Origin: Octopus vulgaris
Lineage: Eukaryota
Length of the DNA stretch: 64,000 nt
NCBI GenBank assembly: GCA_951406725.2
Contig: OX597838.1
Location: forward strand, 38,626,001-38,690,000
Direction: 5' to 3'
A program made the position numbers and the translations under genes. Positions 1-13,572 of this stretch are shown here, in pieces. Below the pieces are notes generated by a model that was given only the letters and a program-made list of their open reading frames with translations, searched no databases and was not told where the DNA came from. Within the stretch, counting starts at the first letter, position 1; each line of letters opens with the position of its first letter.

Positions 1-28
1 CCGATCCAATGGTCAGTTATATATTAAA

Positions 29-426
29 CTAGCAGTATCGCCCGGCGTTGCTCGGGTTTGTAAGGGAAATAACTATATAAGCATTTTTAGAGATGTAAAT
101 TATAATAGCCATCTCAATATCGCTAACCACAAAGGAAGGGGTGTTACTGTAGCTTTTTACGTTCTGAGATTTAATAATAAACTTTTAGAGAGTTACTTCC
201 CTTATATATGCCAAAAATGCATTAAAAAATGGGAAAAATTGATGGTAAATTTTTTTTTTAATCGTAGACTCATCGTAGACGCGCGCTAATACCCAGAAGG
301 GCTCGATATGAATCACGACTATAAGATACCCGGTTTTGGTTAAACTGCACCGCAAAATGTGGGAGTAGTTAGGAATCTAAATCGTAGGAGACAGACAGCA
401 CACAACCTCTCTTTTATATATAAAGA
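29..426 (-). mobile_element. Non-autonomous Helitron
   Basis: Minus strand has a 5' TC(TTTATATA) start, a 3' hairpin CCCG-AGCAACGC-CGGG, then a CTAG end, inserted between A and T. Confidence 0.7.
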
Positions 427-639
427 TATAACTTTGGGAATTTAATATAAAAATTCTAATTTTCAGACCCATGATGAAGGCAAAGTCGCTCACGGCGTAA
501 TTTGAACTCAGAACGTAGAGACAGACGAAATGTAGTTATCGGCCTTCACAGTATTTTAAGATGAAGCGTACAATATTAAAAACTTACAATCTTAAATAAT
601 ATGCACAACATTATACTGTAGTTAGCATGTCAGAGAAAA

Positions 640-1010
640 GCAGCGAGCTGGCAGAATCAGTGGAGCATCGGACAAAAGGCTTAGCGGCATTTGTTCAAAT
701 ACCGCCGAGGTCAACTTATGGTCGATAAAATAAGCAAGAGTGAAGGACTAAGATTGATATAATCGACTAAAATTTCTGGCCTTGAGCTAAAATTTGAAAT
801 AGAGCAAGGAGCTGGCAAAAGCGTTAGTGCACAGCACAAAATGCTTAGCGGCATTTCTTTTCACTTTATGAGCTTGGGTTAAAATTCCGCTGAGGTCGAC
901 TTTGCTTTGCCTCTTTTCAGGATCGATAAAGTAACCATCAGTCGAGCACTGCGGCTGATATAATCGAGTAGCCTTCCCCTCCAAAATTTCATGCCCTGTT
1001 CAAAGAGTGG
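640..1010 (+). mobile_element. Two diverged SINE family B copies
   Basis: gagctggcaga...ttagc...aaatgcttagcgg...gttcaaattccgccgaggtcgactttgcctttcatcc consensus. Confidence 0.7.
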
Positions 1011-2619
1011 TAAGAATATAACATGTTAAAGAAGATGGCCGGATTCGTTATGCCTCGGAAGGACCCTAGAGAGTACTAAGTCCCACATCATTATTAATCG
1101 TATTTTGTACAAATTACCTGCAAAATTTGGGGGTTCTTTCTCTCGTTGATTTGTGTCAGTGTATCACACGATTTGGCCCAGTTGCAAACAGCATGTTAGA
1201 CACATTATTTTATAGCTACATCTATGTTTCTCTTCTTTTTAATCTAACCGCTAAGTCACTGTAATTCCTTAGTACAACGCTGTAATCATTTGACATTGCT
1301 CTGTCGATATTTAATACATTATTGCTATTGGTGTCAGAGAAGATAACGTCAAGTTTATTATATGATATCTGCTGGTTTGTCTATTTGTTAGAATTCCATA
1401 TTTTCACATTGTCGTTTTCTAATTAAATGCGGATTCATATGAATACTACAGAGCTTTTTTTTTCTTGGAGCAGTTGAAATTGGATGGCTTTGTTACATTA
1501 TAGGTTTGACGCGTCTCCGTGTATATATTATGTTGAAGCCAAGGCATAATAACTTGATACAATGTCGAGATACGATGTGCTTCAGAAAATACATCACGCA
1601 GTTGACATTTGTTGACTACAACACAGGATTTGCAGATAATACTTTCAACATATTTAGTGGTGATAATCTGCTCTTATACTATGACTAGAGTTATTACTGT
1701 GACCCCGGCAAGGAATTAAAAATTGCAATGAGGTATCAAAAAACGACAAGAACAAATTACTTATGATTTTTTTAATTTCCTACGCACTTACAGAAAAATA
1801 TACCTCTTCCGATATTATTGGTAAGATAATAATAATAATAGTATATTATACAACATGAAATGTTTGAATACAAGTTTGAAGAAGGACAGAATTCAACTTG
1901 AAATATAACGTGTCTTAGTTTTGAACTTCAACCAATTCAAATTATACGTGAATATGTTTGTGAGACTGGACAAAGATATTTTCGTGTTTCACAAAATCAA
2001 ATGTAAAATGTTTTGCGGAAAATGTTATAGAAACTGTACAAACATATAGACGCGGGCATGACTACATGCGCAAGCATGGGATGTGTTGTAAAGAAGCTTG
2101 CTTTACGACCATATGGTTTCGGGTTCAGTCCTATTGCCTGGTACCTTGCACAGGCTTCTTTTATAGATTAAAACCGATCACTGATTTGTGATTGAATGTG
2201 ACAAACGGAAACTACGTAAAATCATGTTGTGTGTGTTGAGAAAGAGTAGAAAGAATGGAAGTGTGTACAATAGAAGGAGATTCATAGTATAGCATGATAA
2301 TGCAAGGCAATATTCAGTGAAGATAGTTCCCCCAAAAAAACGATAAATTCATAAGGCTGGGAAGCTCTACTTCACTCTCCTTACTCACTAGACTTCACTC
2401 TCCTTACTCACCAACAGATGTTTGCTTATTCAAGACATTTCAACACAAATACGAGTAGAGAAAACTTTCAGAAGTAAAGACGGTATCGAAACGTCCATCT
2501 AAACATTATTTTCTTCTAAAGAATCTAATTTTTTTTTGCCCGAGGAATCAAGAAAAAAGGTCTCGAGGTAGGAAGACGTTATTTTGCTAACGAGACACAG
2601 GGGTGGCTGTGTGGTAAAT

Positions 2620-3022
2620 CTTTTACTCTTTACTCTTTTACTTGTTTCAGTCATTTGACTGTGGCCATGCTGGAGCACTGCCTTTAAACGAGCAACTCGA
2701 CCCCGGGACTTATTCTTTGTAAGCCCAGTACTTATCCTATCGGTCTCTTTTGCCGAACCGCTAAGTGACGGGTACATAAACACACCAGCATCGCTTGTCA
2801 AGTAATGCTAGAGGGACAAACACAGACACACAAACATACACCCACACTTATATATATATACATATATACGACAGGCTTCTTTCAGTTTCCGTCTACCAAA
2901 TCTACTCACAAGGTTTTGGTCGGCCCGAGGCTATAGCAGAAGACACTCGCCCAAGGTGCCACGCAGCGGGACTGAACCCGGAACCATGTGGTTGGTAAAC
3001 AAGCTACTTACCACACAGCCAC
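2620..3022 (-). mobile_element. tRNA-derived SINE family A, nested in an older plus-strand copy (2600-3190)
   Basis: A box GTGGCTGTGTGG, B box GGTTCAGTCCC, internal (TA/TG)n and an (AAAGAGT)n tail. Confidence 0.85.
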
Positions 3023-3690
3023 AGAATCTTGTTTCCAAACAATATGGTTCCAAGTACAGTCTCACTACGTACCACTACGGGCAGGTACCTTCTACTACAA
3101 CCTCTCGAGCCGACCAAAGCCTTGTGAGTGGATTTGGTAGACGGAAACTGAAAGAAGCCCGTAGTATACATATATGTGTGTGTGTGTATATGTCTGTGGG
3201 GGAGCATCATAGCCAAGTATTGAGAGGGATTCTTTGGGGTTTGAATAAATGTAACAAAAGCATTTGAATAGAAGATATGCCATTTTTTAATGCTTTCTAT
3301 GGGTAAGCAAATAGGAAATAACCCAAGGGCAAATATTGTGTCATTCTGTATATATGATCCAATACGGCTGATTTATGAACTCTTACAATGCCTGTAGTTA
3401 CTGTTCTTTGAATTTTAGACTTTATTGGTGTGGATGTAATCGAGTCACAGAATGTTTGCAATCCTCGGTAACAATCGCACGTGGCAGGTCTTCCTGTAAC
3501 TTGGAAAGACGGAGCGAAGAAAAAGCTATTCATGAGTTACCGGACAGGTTCTCTACCAGATATACAGTCGTTGCATGTTAGACGTGTAGTAGTAGTAGTA
3601 GTAGTGGTGGTGGTGGTGGTGGTGGTGGTAATGGTGGTGGTGGTGGTGATGGTGGTAGTATCAGTAGTGGTGGTGAAGGTGGTGGTAGTT

Positions 3691-3754
<64 letters not shown>

Positions 3755-4114
3755 GTGCTTGCTGGCAATAGCCAATAATGATCGCATTGTACAATATGTG
3801 ATATTCCTATGATAAATTGTTAGCACAATAAAGGCGGCGAGTTGGCAGACTCGTAAACACAACACACGCGGACAAAACGCTTAGTGGCGTTTCGTCCGTC
3901 TTCGTGTTCCGAATTCAATTTCCGCCCGCCATTTTTTGGTAGGAGGGACAGGAAGAAATGAGTACCAACTACGTACTGCGGTCAATATTATTCGATTGTC
4001 TGGCACGCCGAGACAAATACTTAGCGGTCTTTTGTCCGTTTTAACGTTCTGAGTTCAAATTCCGCCGAGGGCGCCTTTGCTTTTCATCCTTTTGGGTTTC
4101 ATAAAATAAGTTCC

Positions 4115-4268
4115 ATTATTTACATTATTTACATTTGACGGATATTTGCCCTCATCTTGTTTGTTGTTAATACAACGTTTCGGCTGATATACCCTCCAGC
4201 CTTCATCAGGCGTCTTGGGGAAATTTCGAACCTGGGTTCTCATTCTTAAGGTATTTTTCGATGTTGTA

Positions 4269-4270
<2 letters not shown>
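4115..4270 (-). mobile_element. Short non-autonomous PLE/pLTR-like element next to (ATT)n
   Basis: Homologous (opposite strand) to 6195-6385 and contains a hammerhead. Confidence 0.65.
4169..4214 (-). ncRNA. Minimal type I hammerhead motif
   Basis: GACGC-CTGATGA-A-GGCTG..CAGCC-GAAA-CG-TT-GTATT. Confidence 0.7.
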
Positions 4271-4335
<65 letters not shown>

Positions 4336-4619
4336 TAACTACCTGGAATCGAACACAGAAATCGAAGAGAGGTTATCTTCCATTACTTAGGAAAATAACC
4401 AGTGATGTTGATAGAAAGAGATTCGAACAAGATCTAGAAAAGTCGTAATGAGAGAATTTGAAATGGTGAAGACACGCCAGATTAAGAAGCTTATGAAACT
4501 AAAAGGTCAGAGAATTAAGACTGAAGTCCGTCACCCACCTGTGAAAGCAGTAATTAATACAAGTAGCCGACATCTAGAAAGCTCTGAATAAGAACCGAGT
4601 TCGATTCCAGGCAGTGACA

Positions 4620-4654
<35 letters not shown>

Positions 4655-4664
4655 TTCTTTTGTC

Positions 4665-5025
4665 TTTTTGGTGGGGAGACAGTCGATTAGCTCGACACCA
4701 GTACGCAACTGGTACATAATTTATCGACCTTGAAAGGATGAAAGGCAAAGCCGACCTAGGAGGAATTTTAACTCAGAACGTAGCGACATGCGAAATACCT
4801 ATTTCTTTACTACCCATAAGGGGCTAAACACAGAGAGGACAAACAAGCACAGACAAACGGATTAAGTCGATTATATGAACCCCAGTACGTAACTGGTACT
4901 TATTTAATCGACCCCGAAAGGATGAAAGGCAAAGTCGAGCTCGGCGGAATTTGAACTCAGAATGCAGTGGCAGACGAAATACCGCTAAGCATTTCAGCCA
5001 GCACACTAATGACTCTGCCAGCTCG
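4665..5025 (-). mobile_element. SINE family B dimer
   Basis: Two units joined at the aagaaata|ggtatttcg junction. Confidence 0.8.
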
Positions 5026-5030
5026 AATAC

Positions 5031-5064
<34 letters not shown>

Positions 5065-5159
5065 CAACAACAACAACAACAACAGCAGCAGCAACAGCGA
5101 CGACGATGACGACGGCGATGATGATGACGATGATGATAATAATAATAATAATAATAATA

Positions 5160-5695
5160 GGGAGCAAAACAGCCGTGTGTTGAAAGGAATTCTTAGAGGT
5201 TTTGATAATTCACCTTTCGAAATATGGGTGGTTCGTTCAACATCCTTAAACAATCCTTATTCAGATACCTTTTGAGCTGGATGCGTTACTCGACCAGAAG
5301 AAAATTTTAACTGGGCCCCACCTGTAAGGTCCTGGCAGAAACGTTAGCACGCCGGGCGAAATGTGTAGCCGTATTTCGTCTGCCGTTACCTTGTGAGTTC
5401 AAATTCCGCCGAGGTCGACTTTGCCTTTCATCCTTTCAGGGTCGATAAATTAAGTACCAGTTATGCACTGGAGTCGATGTAATCGACTTAATCCGTTCGT
5501 CTGTCCTTGTTTGTTAGCCCCTTCTGGGCAATAAAGAAATATATCTTGATATGAGATCACCATGTCGCGCATATATGGTTGTGATGCATGTGCCTGGTGT
5601 ACCCTTATCATACAGGTAGTCATGATGGGTATACTGGGCTTGGTATATTTTACCCTAGTGTCACTTTGATGGCATGCACTGCTTTCTCACTCAAT
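5160..5695 (+). mobile_element. Family C copy interrupted by SINE-B (5331-5541)
   Basis: Homology to 11865-12205 on both sides of the SINE. Confidence 0.7.
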
Positions 5696-5699
5696 AATC

Positions 5700-5763
<64 letters not shown>

Positions 5764-5764
5764 C

Positions 5765-5905
5765 CCTGTTAAATGCGAAATAGCACGGCTACGGAAAATG
5801 AAGAAGATGAAGACAGTGCCAATTACTGTTGGGTCCTCGGGAAGAGTGTCAATAGGCATCAAGAGAATATAAAGGAAATTGGAATAGAGTGCCCAGTAGA
5901 CTTGT
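5765..5905 (+). pseudogene. R4/Dong-like RLE endonuclease fragment
   Basis: KCEIARLRKMKKMKTVPITVGSSG parallels EIEKMWHLKTVAIPAIVRALG. It follows (AAT)n. Confidence 0.55.
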
Positions 5906-6007
5906 GCCTAGTGTACCCTTATCAGACGGGTAGTCATGATGGGTATACTGGGCTTCATATATTTTAAACCTAGTGTCACTTTGATGGCATGGACTGCTCT
6001 CTCACTC

Positions 6008-6057
<50 letters not shown>

Positions 6058-6194
6058 TAATAATAATAATAAGATACAGAAATAATTTATTCTCAAATGC
6101 CTGATAATGCTAATAAAATAGCATAAACAGGATAAATTAACCATACATTGCAGAAAAATACGTTATGGCCAGTCATAATAATAATAATAATAAT

Positions 6195-6385
6195 AGTAAC
6201 ACCGAAAAATACCTTAAGAATGAGAACCCAGGTTCGAAATTTCCCCAAGACACCTGATGAAGGCTCGAGGGTATATCAGCCGAAACGCTGTGTTAACAAC
6301 AAACAAGATGAGGACAAACATCCGTCAAATGTAAATAATGTAAATAATGTAAATAATGTAAATAATTCCCCATTTCTTAAATATA
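6195..6385 (+). mobile_element. Short non-autonomous PLE/pLTR-like element next to (AAT)n
   Basis: Homologous to 4115-4270. Has a hammerhead and a (aatgtaaat)n tail. Confidence 0.65.
6249..6294 (+). ncRNA. Minimal type I hammerhead motif (same family as 4169-4214)
   Basis: GACAC-CTGATGA-A-GGCT..AGCC-GAAA-CG-CT-GTGTT. U16.1 is mutated to C in this copy. Confidence 0.65.
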
Positions 6386-6709
6386 TAACTGTATTAAAGC
6401 AAGTACCAGTTGAACACTAGGGTCAATGTACTTGAGTTATCTCTTCCCTGAAACGTTGCTGGCCTTGTGCCATAACTGGAAAGCCAATAGATTTTTAGCA
6501 GAACAAGTCTGTGGAATACAGTCCTGTAATGTTCCGTTTCCATGGCGTTGTAGCATGCAGAAAGCTTTGTGATGCGGAAGCAAGATAAGAAAGTAATTAA
6601 GACGAGTTTCTTACAATGCGAAAAAGGGGAAACGTTTCGCAGCAGCCTCCACCAGTATCATACCACCACCACAACTACTACGACCATTATTATCATTGCC
6701 TACAAGCAC

Positions 6710-6749
<40 letters not shown>

Positions 6750-7021
6750 GACTACTACTAGTAGTAGTACTACTATTACTACTACTACTACTAGTACTAC
6801 TACTACCACCACCGCCACCACCGCCACGATTACTATTACTACTACCACCACCACCACTACGATTGCTATTACTACTACTACCACCACCACCACCATATTA
6901 CTACTACTGCTACTACCACCACCACTACCACTATCACTAGTACTACTACTACCACCACCACTGCTACCGGCAATATCACTATTATTACTACTATTCCTAC
7001 TACCACTACTACCATCACTAT

Positions 7022-7085
<64 letters not shown>

Positions 7086-7334
7086 ACTACTATTGCTACT
7101 ACAGCCACCACCGCTGCCGCCGCCACTGGTGTCGATGTAGGCAATTACTCCACGACTGAAGCTCAACTAGAGCTAATCATCCACCGCCGTCCTAACCGTG
7201 ACCCCTACGACCAATTGTTGCTGTTGCAACTACATTCACTCATTGCCGTCACCGACCCTACCACCGCCATCTACACGGACACTGCGAGATTACTGCGGGG
7301 TCACTGACCCCTCAACAACCAGTATGAACGGATC

Positions 7335-8070
7335 TAGCACACCGGGCGAAATGCTTAGCGGTATTTCGTCTGCCGTTACGGTCTGAGTTCAAATTCCGCC
7401 GAAGTCGACTTTGCCTTTGACCCCTTCGGGATCGATTAAATAAGTACCAGTTACGCACTGGGGTAGATGTAATAGACTTAATCCGTGTGTCTGTCTTTGT
7501 TTGTCCTCTCTGTGTTTAGCCCCTTGTGGGTAGTAAAGAAATAGGTATTTCGTCTGCCGCTACGTTCTGAGTTCAAATTCCGCCGAGGTCGACTTTGCCT
7601 TTCACCCATTCGGGGTCGATTAAATAAATACCAGTTACGCACTGGGGTCGATGTAATAGACTTAATCCGTTTGTCTGTCTTTGTTTGTCCTCTCAGTGTT
7701 TAGCCCCTCGTAGGTTGTAAAGAAATAGGCCTTTCGTCTGCCGCTACGTTCTGAGTTCAAATTCCGCCGAGGTCGACTTTGCCTTTCATCCTTTCGGGGT
7801 CGATAAATAAATACCAGTTACGCACTGGGGTCGATGTAATAGACTTAATCCGTGTGTCTGTCTTTGTTTGTCCTCTCTGTGTTTAGCCCCTTGTGGGTAG
7901 TAAAGAAATAGGTATTTCGTCTGCCGCTACGTTCTGAGTTCAAATTCCGCCGAGGTCGACTTTGCCTTTCATCCTTTCGGGGTCGATTAAATGAGTACCA
8001 GTTACGCACTGGAGTCGATATAATCAACTTACCCCTCCCCTAAAAATTGCTGCCGTCGTTGCAAAATTTG
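7335..8070 (+). mobile_element. SINE family B tetramer (~184-bp period)
   Basis: Units restart at 7360, 7544, 7728 and 7911. B box GAGTTCAAATTCC and central domain GTCGACTTTGCCTTTCATCCTTTCGGGGTCGAT.AAATAAGTACC (resembles Meta-type SINE domains; unverified). Confidence 0.9.
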
Positions 8071-8103
8071 GAACTATTATTCTGTTCTTTTACTACAAAT
8101 ACG

Positions 8104-8345
8104 TGAAGATGCGTAGCCTAGTGATTAGGGTGTTGCACTGACGCTCACCAGATCATGGGTTCGATTCCTCGTTCGAGCGACGTGTTGTGTTCTTGAGCAA
8201 AACTCTTAGCTTTCTGACCAAGGGTGGGGAATGTTGACTTGCTCGCCCAGCCTGTGGAGTGGCATCAGTCGAAAGCTAAAGCGATGCGAAGTGCATTGTG
8301 ACCAGCGATGTGTAACACTATCCGATAGCCTGGTCGATCACGTGA
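8104..8345 (+). mobile_element. tRNA-derived SINE family D (CORE-like)
   Basis: A box tagcctagtgat, B box ggttcgattcc, then ttgtgttcttgagcaaaac. Related to 24035 and 38515. Confidence 0.65.
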
Positions 8346-8659
8346 ATTTTATGAATGTATGTTTTAAATAGCGCTGTAAATACGTCGATGATACCGAGAG
8401 ATTTTTTTGTTGTAGGTTGTCAAGTTTCTCGAAAACAAGCAAAAGAAAGGAAGAAAAGAAAGTGGACATCTAAATCAATCATTGTTCATTGTCGTTTGCT
8501 TGGATTTCTCTCTGTCTGTCTGTCTGTCCGTCTTCTGTCAGTTTGTCTTTGCGCGTGCGCAAAGAAACACAAACAACGACAAAATGAGAACAGGTGGATG
8601 GCCATAGCGAAGGGTAACAAGATGGGAGGTAGCGTTGTGGCTGTTATTGTTGCTGATGT

Positions 8660-9540
8660 TGCTGGTGGTGGTGGTGGTGGTGGTGATGGTTTTGGTGGTA
8701 GTATTGATGGTTTTGGTGGTGGTAGCGATAATGGTAGTGGGAATGGTGGTGGTGGTGGTGATGGTTTTGGTGGTAGTATTGATGGTTTTGGTGGTGGTGA
8801 TGAAGGTGGTGGTGGTGATAGTGGTAGTGGTGGTGATGGTGGTGGTGGTGATGGTGGTGGTGGTGATGGTGGTGGTGATGAAGGTGGTGGTGGTGATAGT
8901 GGTAGTGGTGGTGATGGTGGTGGTGGTGATGGTGGTGGTGATGAAGGTGGTGGTTGATATCGGTATTTGTGGAGGTGGTGGTGGTGTGGTAGTGGGAGTG
9001 ATGGTGGTGGTGATGGTTTTGGTGGTAGTATTGATGGTTTTGGTGGTGGTAGCGATGATGGTAGTGGGGTAGTGGTGGTGGTGGTGGTGGTGATGAAGGT
9101 GGTGGTGGTGGTGATGAAGGTGGTGGTGGTGATAGTGGTAGTGGTGGTGATGGTGGTGGTGGTGGTAGTGGTGGTGATGAAGGTGGTGGTTGATATCGGT
9201 ATTTGTGGAGGTGGTGGTGGTGTGGTAGTGGGAGTGATGGTGGTGGTGATGGTTTTGGTGGTAGTATTGATGGTTTTGGTGGTGGTGATGAAGGTGGTGG
9301 TGGTGATAGTGGTAGTGGTGGTGATGGTGGTGGTGGTGGTGGTGGTGGTGGTAGTGGTGGTGATGAAGGTGGTGGTTGATATCGGTATTTGTGGAGGTGG
9401 TGGTGGTGGTTTTGGTGGTGGTAGCGATGGTGGTAGTGGTGGTGATTTTGATGAAGGTGTTGTTATTGTTGTTGTTGGTGGTGGTGGTGGTGGTGATGAA
9501 GGTGGTAGTGGTAATAGTGGTGGTGGTGGTTGCGGTGGTT
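8660..9540. repeat. (GGT)n-derived compound minisatellite with higher-order duplications
   Basis: gatatcggtatttgtggagg recurs at 8956, 9192 and 9378, and gatggttttggtggtagtattgatggtttt recurs four times. Confidence 0.85.
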
Positions 9541-10174
9541 TTAATGATGCTGGCGTTAATGCTCTCCTTGTTGCAAACCTCGTTGTTGTTCTTCTTTTTC
9601 TTCCACAATTACCAACAACAACAACAACAAAATCAACTATAACTTCAACAATAATAACAACAACAGCGAACATTGCATCACCATCACCACCACCACCACC
9701 ACCAAAGCCATCACCACTGCTGCCGCAACGACGATGACAACAACAACAACAGCAGCAGCAACAGCGTCGAGTAATTCTCAACATTCCCACTGCTTCCACG
9801 ACCACCACCACTGCATTAACGATAACAACAGCACGAAGAACAATAACAAGAACAACAACGGCCTCACTACCAGCATCACCAAATCCAGCGTCGACACCAC
9901 CACCACCAACAACAACAACAACAACAATCCCATTACAACAACAACAACAACATCAGCATCAACAACAGCAATAAATGCAATAACAAATAGTGTCTGCAAA
10001 ATGGCGCATTTCATTGGAAGCAATTATTTTGTGTTGCCTAAATAAATTGAAAACGAGGCTAAGCTTTCCACCGTTAATTAGTTTGACTTATAATCAGATT
10101 AACTTATCGGCAAATTGTTAGAGAAAATAACAACTGCAATATCATCGACGTCGACGTCATTATAAGCAATCATT

Positions 10175-10189
10175 GCCATCATCATCATC

Positions 10190-10221
<32 letters not shown>

Positions 10222-10430
10222 CACCATCATCATCACCATCATCATTCATCACCATCATCATCATCATCATCGTCGTCATCATCATCACCATCATCACTAT
10301 CATCATCATCATCATCATCATCACAATCACCATCATCATCATCATCATCACTATCATCATCATCATCATCACCATCACCATCATCATCATCACCATTGTC
10401 ATCATCACCATCATCATCACCACCACCACC

Positions 10431-10461
<31 letters not shown>

Positions 10462-10518
10462 CCATCATCACCATCATCATCATCATCATCATTACCATCA
10501 TCATTCATCACCATCATT

Positions 10519-10563
<45 letters not shown>

Positions 10564-10585
10564 GTCGTCATCATCATCATCGTCG

Positions 10586-10642
<57 letters not shown>

Positions 10643-10649
10643 CCAACAC

Positions 10650-10682
<33 letters not shown>

Positions 10683-11334
10683 ATCAACAGCAACTACAAC
10701 AACAACAGCCAACAGCCACCATCACTAACGTCATTGTTGCCAACCACCATCATCAGCAGCAGCAGTTTTGTTATTCATCATCATCATCATCATCATCAGC
10801 TTCATCATCGCAATCAGCATCATCATCACCATCATCATCATCGTCATGGTGTTCGTGATGGTGGTGGGTCTTGTTGGTGATAATTGTCGTAATGGTGATC
10901 ATGGTGGTAGTGGTGGTGTTGGTGGTGGTGGAGGTAGTCGTGGTGGTGGTCGTGGAAGTGATGGAGGCCAAGGTGGTGGCGGTGGTGGTGGTGGTGGTGG
11001 TTGTGGTGCTGATGATCGTTGCCATCGTGGTCGTGGTCGTAGTAGTCGTGATGGTCCTGGTGGTGGTGACGGTGGTCTGCGGTCTGCGATGGTTTGGATG
11101 ATCTTCTTAGCGGTGGCTACAGTGATGGCGTTGGTGATGGTGTTGCTGCTGGGAACGGATTACTATGGACTGTGGCGATGGCAATAATGGTGTAATTCTG
11201 CTGATTTTGACGACGACGACGACGACGACAACGACGACGACGACGACACCGACAACGACGACGACGACGACGCCGACAACGACGACGAAGAGGAGGAGGA
11301 GGAAAAGGAGGAAGAAGAAGAAAAATAATAATAA

Positions 11335-11365
<31 letters not shown>

Positions 11366-11577
11366 AAGAAGAAGAAGGGGAGGAGGGGAGGGGGAGGGGG
11401 AGGGGAGGATGAGGGGGACGAGGTGGTGTGGTGGTAAAAAAGATGATGATAGTGATGGTGGTGGTGGTGGTGGCAGTATGATGATGTTGTCGATGATGAT
11501 GATGATGATGATGATGATAATGATGATGATGATGATGATGGTAGCGGTGGCTGTGGTGGTCATGATGGTGATGGTTG

Positions 11578-11635
<58 letters not shown>
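10175..11635. repeat. Compound trinucleotide microsatellite block (CAT, GGT, GAC, GAA, GAT, AAT)
   Basis: Direct inspection. Confidence 0.9.
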
Positions 11636-11636
<1 letters not shown>

Positions 11637-12204
11637 CAGGCAGTGGCTCTCATGGCTTCTAACCAGGCAGTGGCTCTCATGGCTTCTGATCTTAACTGAT
11701 TGGAAGTGTTATCATGTACATTGTTTTGTCTTGGTATAAAAGATGGGCTACAGCAAATATTCTGCTTAATACCACAGATTTGCTTGTCAGTTGTTTGACC
11801 TTAACCAGTTGAGCATGTCCCTTAATGGCTGACGATATGTGCATCTCTGATCACGAGCTGAAGTAGTGGGGGAGCATCATAGCCATGTGTGTTAAGAGGG
11901 ATTCTTTGGGGTTTGAATAATTCACCTCTGGAAACATGGGTGGTTCTTTCAACATCCTTAAACAACCCTTATTCAGGAACCGTTTGAGCGGGATGGGCTA
12001 CTCGACCTGAAGAAAATTCTAACTGGGCCCCACCTGCAAGGTCATGTGCTGTTTATCTTGATATGAGATCACCATGTCGCGCACATATGGTTGTGATGCA
12101 TGTGCCTGGTGTACCCTTATCAGACGGGTAGTCATGATGGGTATATTGGGCTTCATATATTTTACCCCAGTGTCACTTTGATGGCATGAACTGCTCTCTC
12201 ACTC

Positions 12205-12205
<1 letters not shown>
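11634..12205 (+). mobile_element. Interspersed element ending in (AAT)n (family C, longest copy)
   Basis: The 3' end ...ccagtgtcactttgatggcatgcactgctctctcactc(aat)n recurs at 5160-5695, 5905-6008 and 36205-36407. Copies are variably 5'-truncated and next to (AAT)n. Confidence 0.75.
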
Positions 12206-12303
<98 letters not shown>

Positions 12304-12360
12304 AAGAAGAAGAAGAAAAGAAGAAGAAGAAGAAGAAGAAGAAGAAGAAGAAGAAGAAGA

Positions 12361-12404
<44 letters not shown>

Positions 12405-12565
12405 AATCCTTTCTACAAAAGGCAGAAGGTCCGACATTACGGGACAGGAGAGTAGTCGATTACATCAACCTCGGCAGAATTTGAACTCAGAACGTAAAGC
12501 GGACGAAATGCCGCTAAGTACTTTTCCCGGTGTACTTAGGATTCTGCCAGCATACTGCCCTAATA

Positions 12566-12685
<120 letters not shown>

Positions 12686-12705
12686 TAATACTAATAATAA
12701 TAACA

Positions 12706-12776
<71 letters not shown>

Positions 12777-13175
12777 TAATAATAATAATAATAACAATAG
12801 TAATAATAATAACAATAATAATAATAATAAAAATGATAGTAATAATAATAATAATGGAGTGAAAATCAACTCACCGCTTGCATTGGTATTTCGTGTATTA
12901 TTTGGAATACAAGAAGCTGGATAATATATTTGCATAAATATGCATATATTTGCATAAGTAATTGTCAGTTATGTAACGACTCTAAACTATTTATTAAGAC
13001 TGACATTAATAAAAATGGAGGTGTGATATCGTGACCTGTGCAACATCGACCCAGAACGTGCGAATGTGAGTGGTCATTATTTTAATATGCCGTACTTGGT
13101 CGAAACGATAGTGTCACGTTTCGATTCTCGCTGATGCAGGACTAGTTTTCCGTCGCATTATTGTCTGAGACGAAG

Positions 13176-13572
13176 GGGGCGAGCTGGTAGAAAGGTTAGC
13201 ACGCAAGGCGAAGTGCTTAGCGTTATTTCGTCTGCCGCTACGTTCTGAGTTCAAATTCCGCCGAGGTCGACTTTGCCTTTCATCCTTTCGGGGCCAATTA
13301 AATAAGTACCAGTTATGCACTGGGCTCGATATAATCGACTTAATCCGTTTGACTGTCCTTGTTTGTCCCCTCTATGTTTAGCCCCTTGTGGGTAGTAAAG
13401 AAATAGGTATTTCGTCTCCCGCTACGTTCTGAGTTCAAATTCTGCCGAGGTTGACTTTGCATTTCATCGTTTCGGTGTCGATAAATTAAGTACCAGTTGC
13501 GTACTGGGGTCGATCTAATCGACTGGTCTCCTCTCCAAAAAGTTCGAACCTTGTGCCTAGTGTAGAAAAGAT
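13176..13572 (+). mobile_element. SINE family B dimer
   Basis: Same internal junction at ~13405. Confidence 0.88.

Noticed and set aside
3290-3560. Possible RLE LINE 3' remnant on the minus strand (KIQRTVTTGIVRVHK)
   Set aside because: The resemblance is too short and weak to call without an alignment.
7335-8070. CRISPR-like or ncRNA gene array
   Set aside because: Whole units are repeated with no unique spacers, the context is eukaryotic, and the units are SINE sequence.
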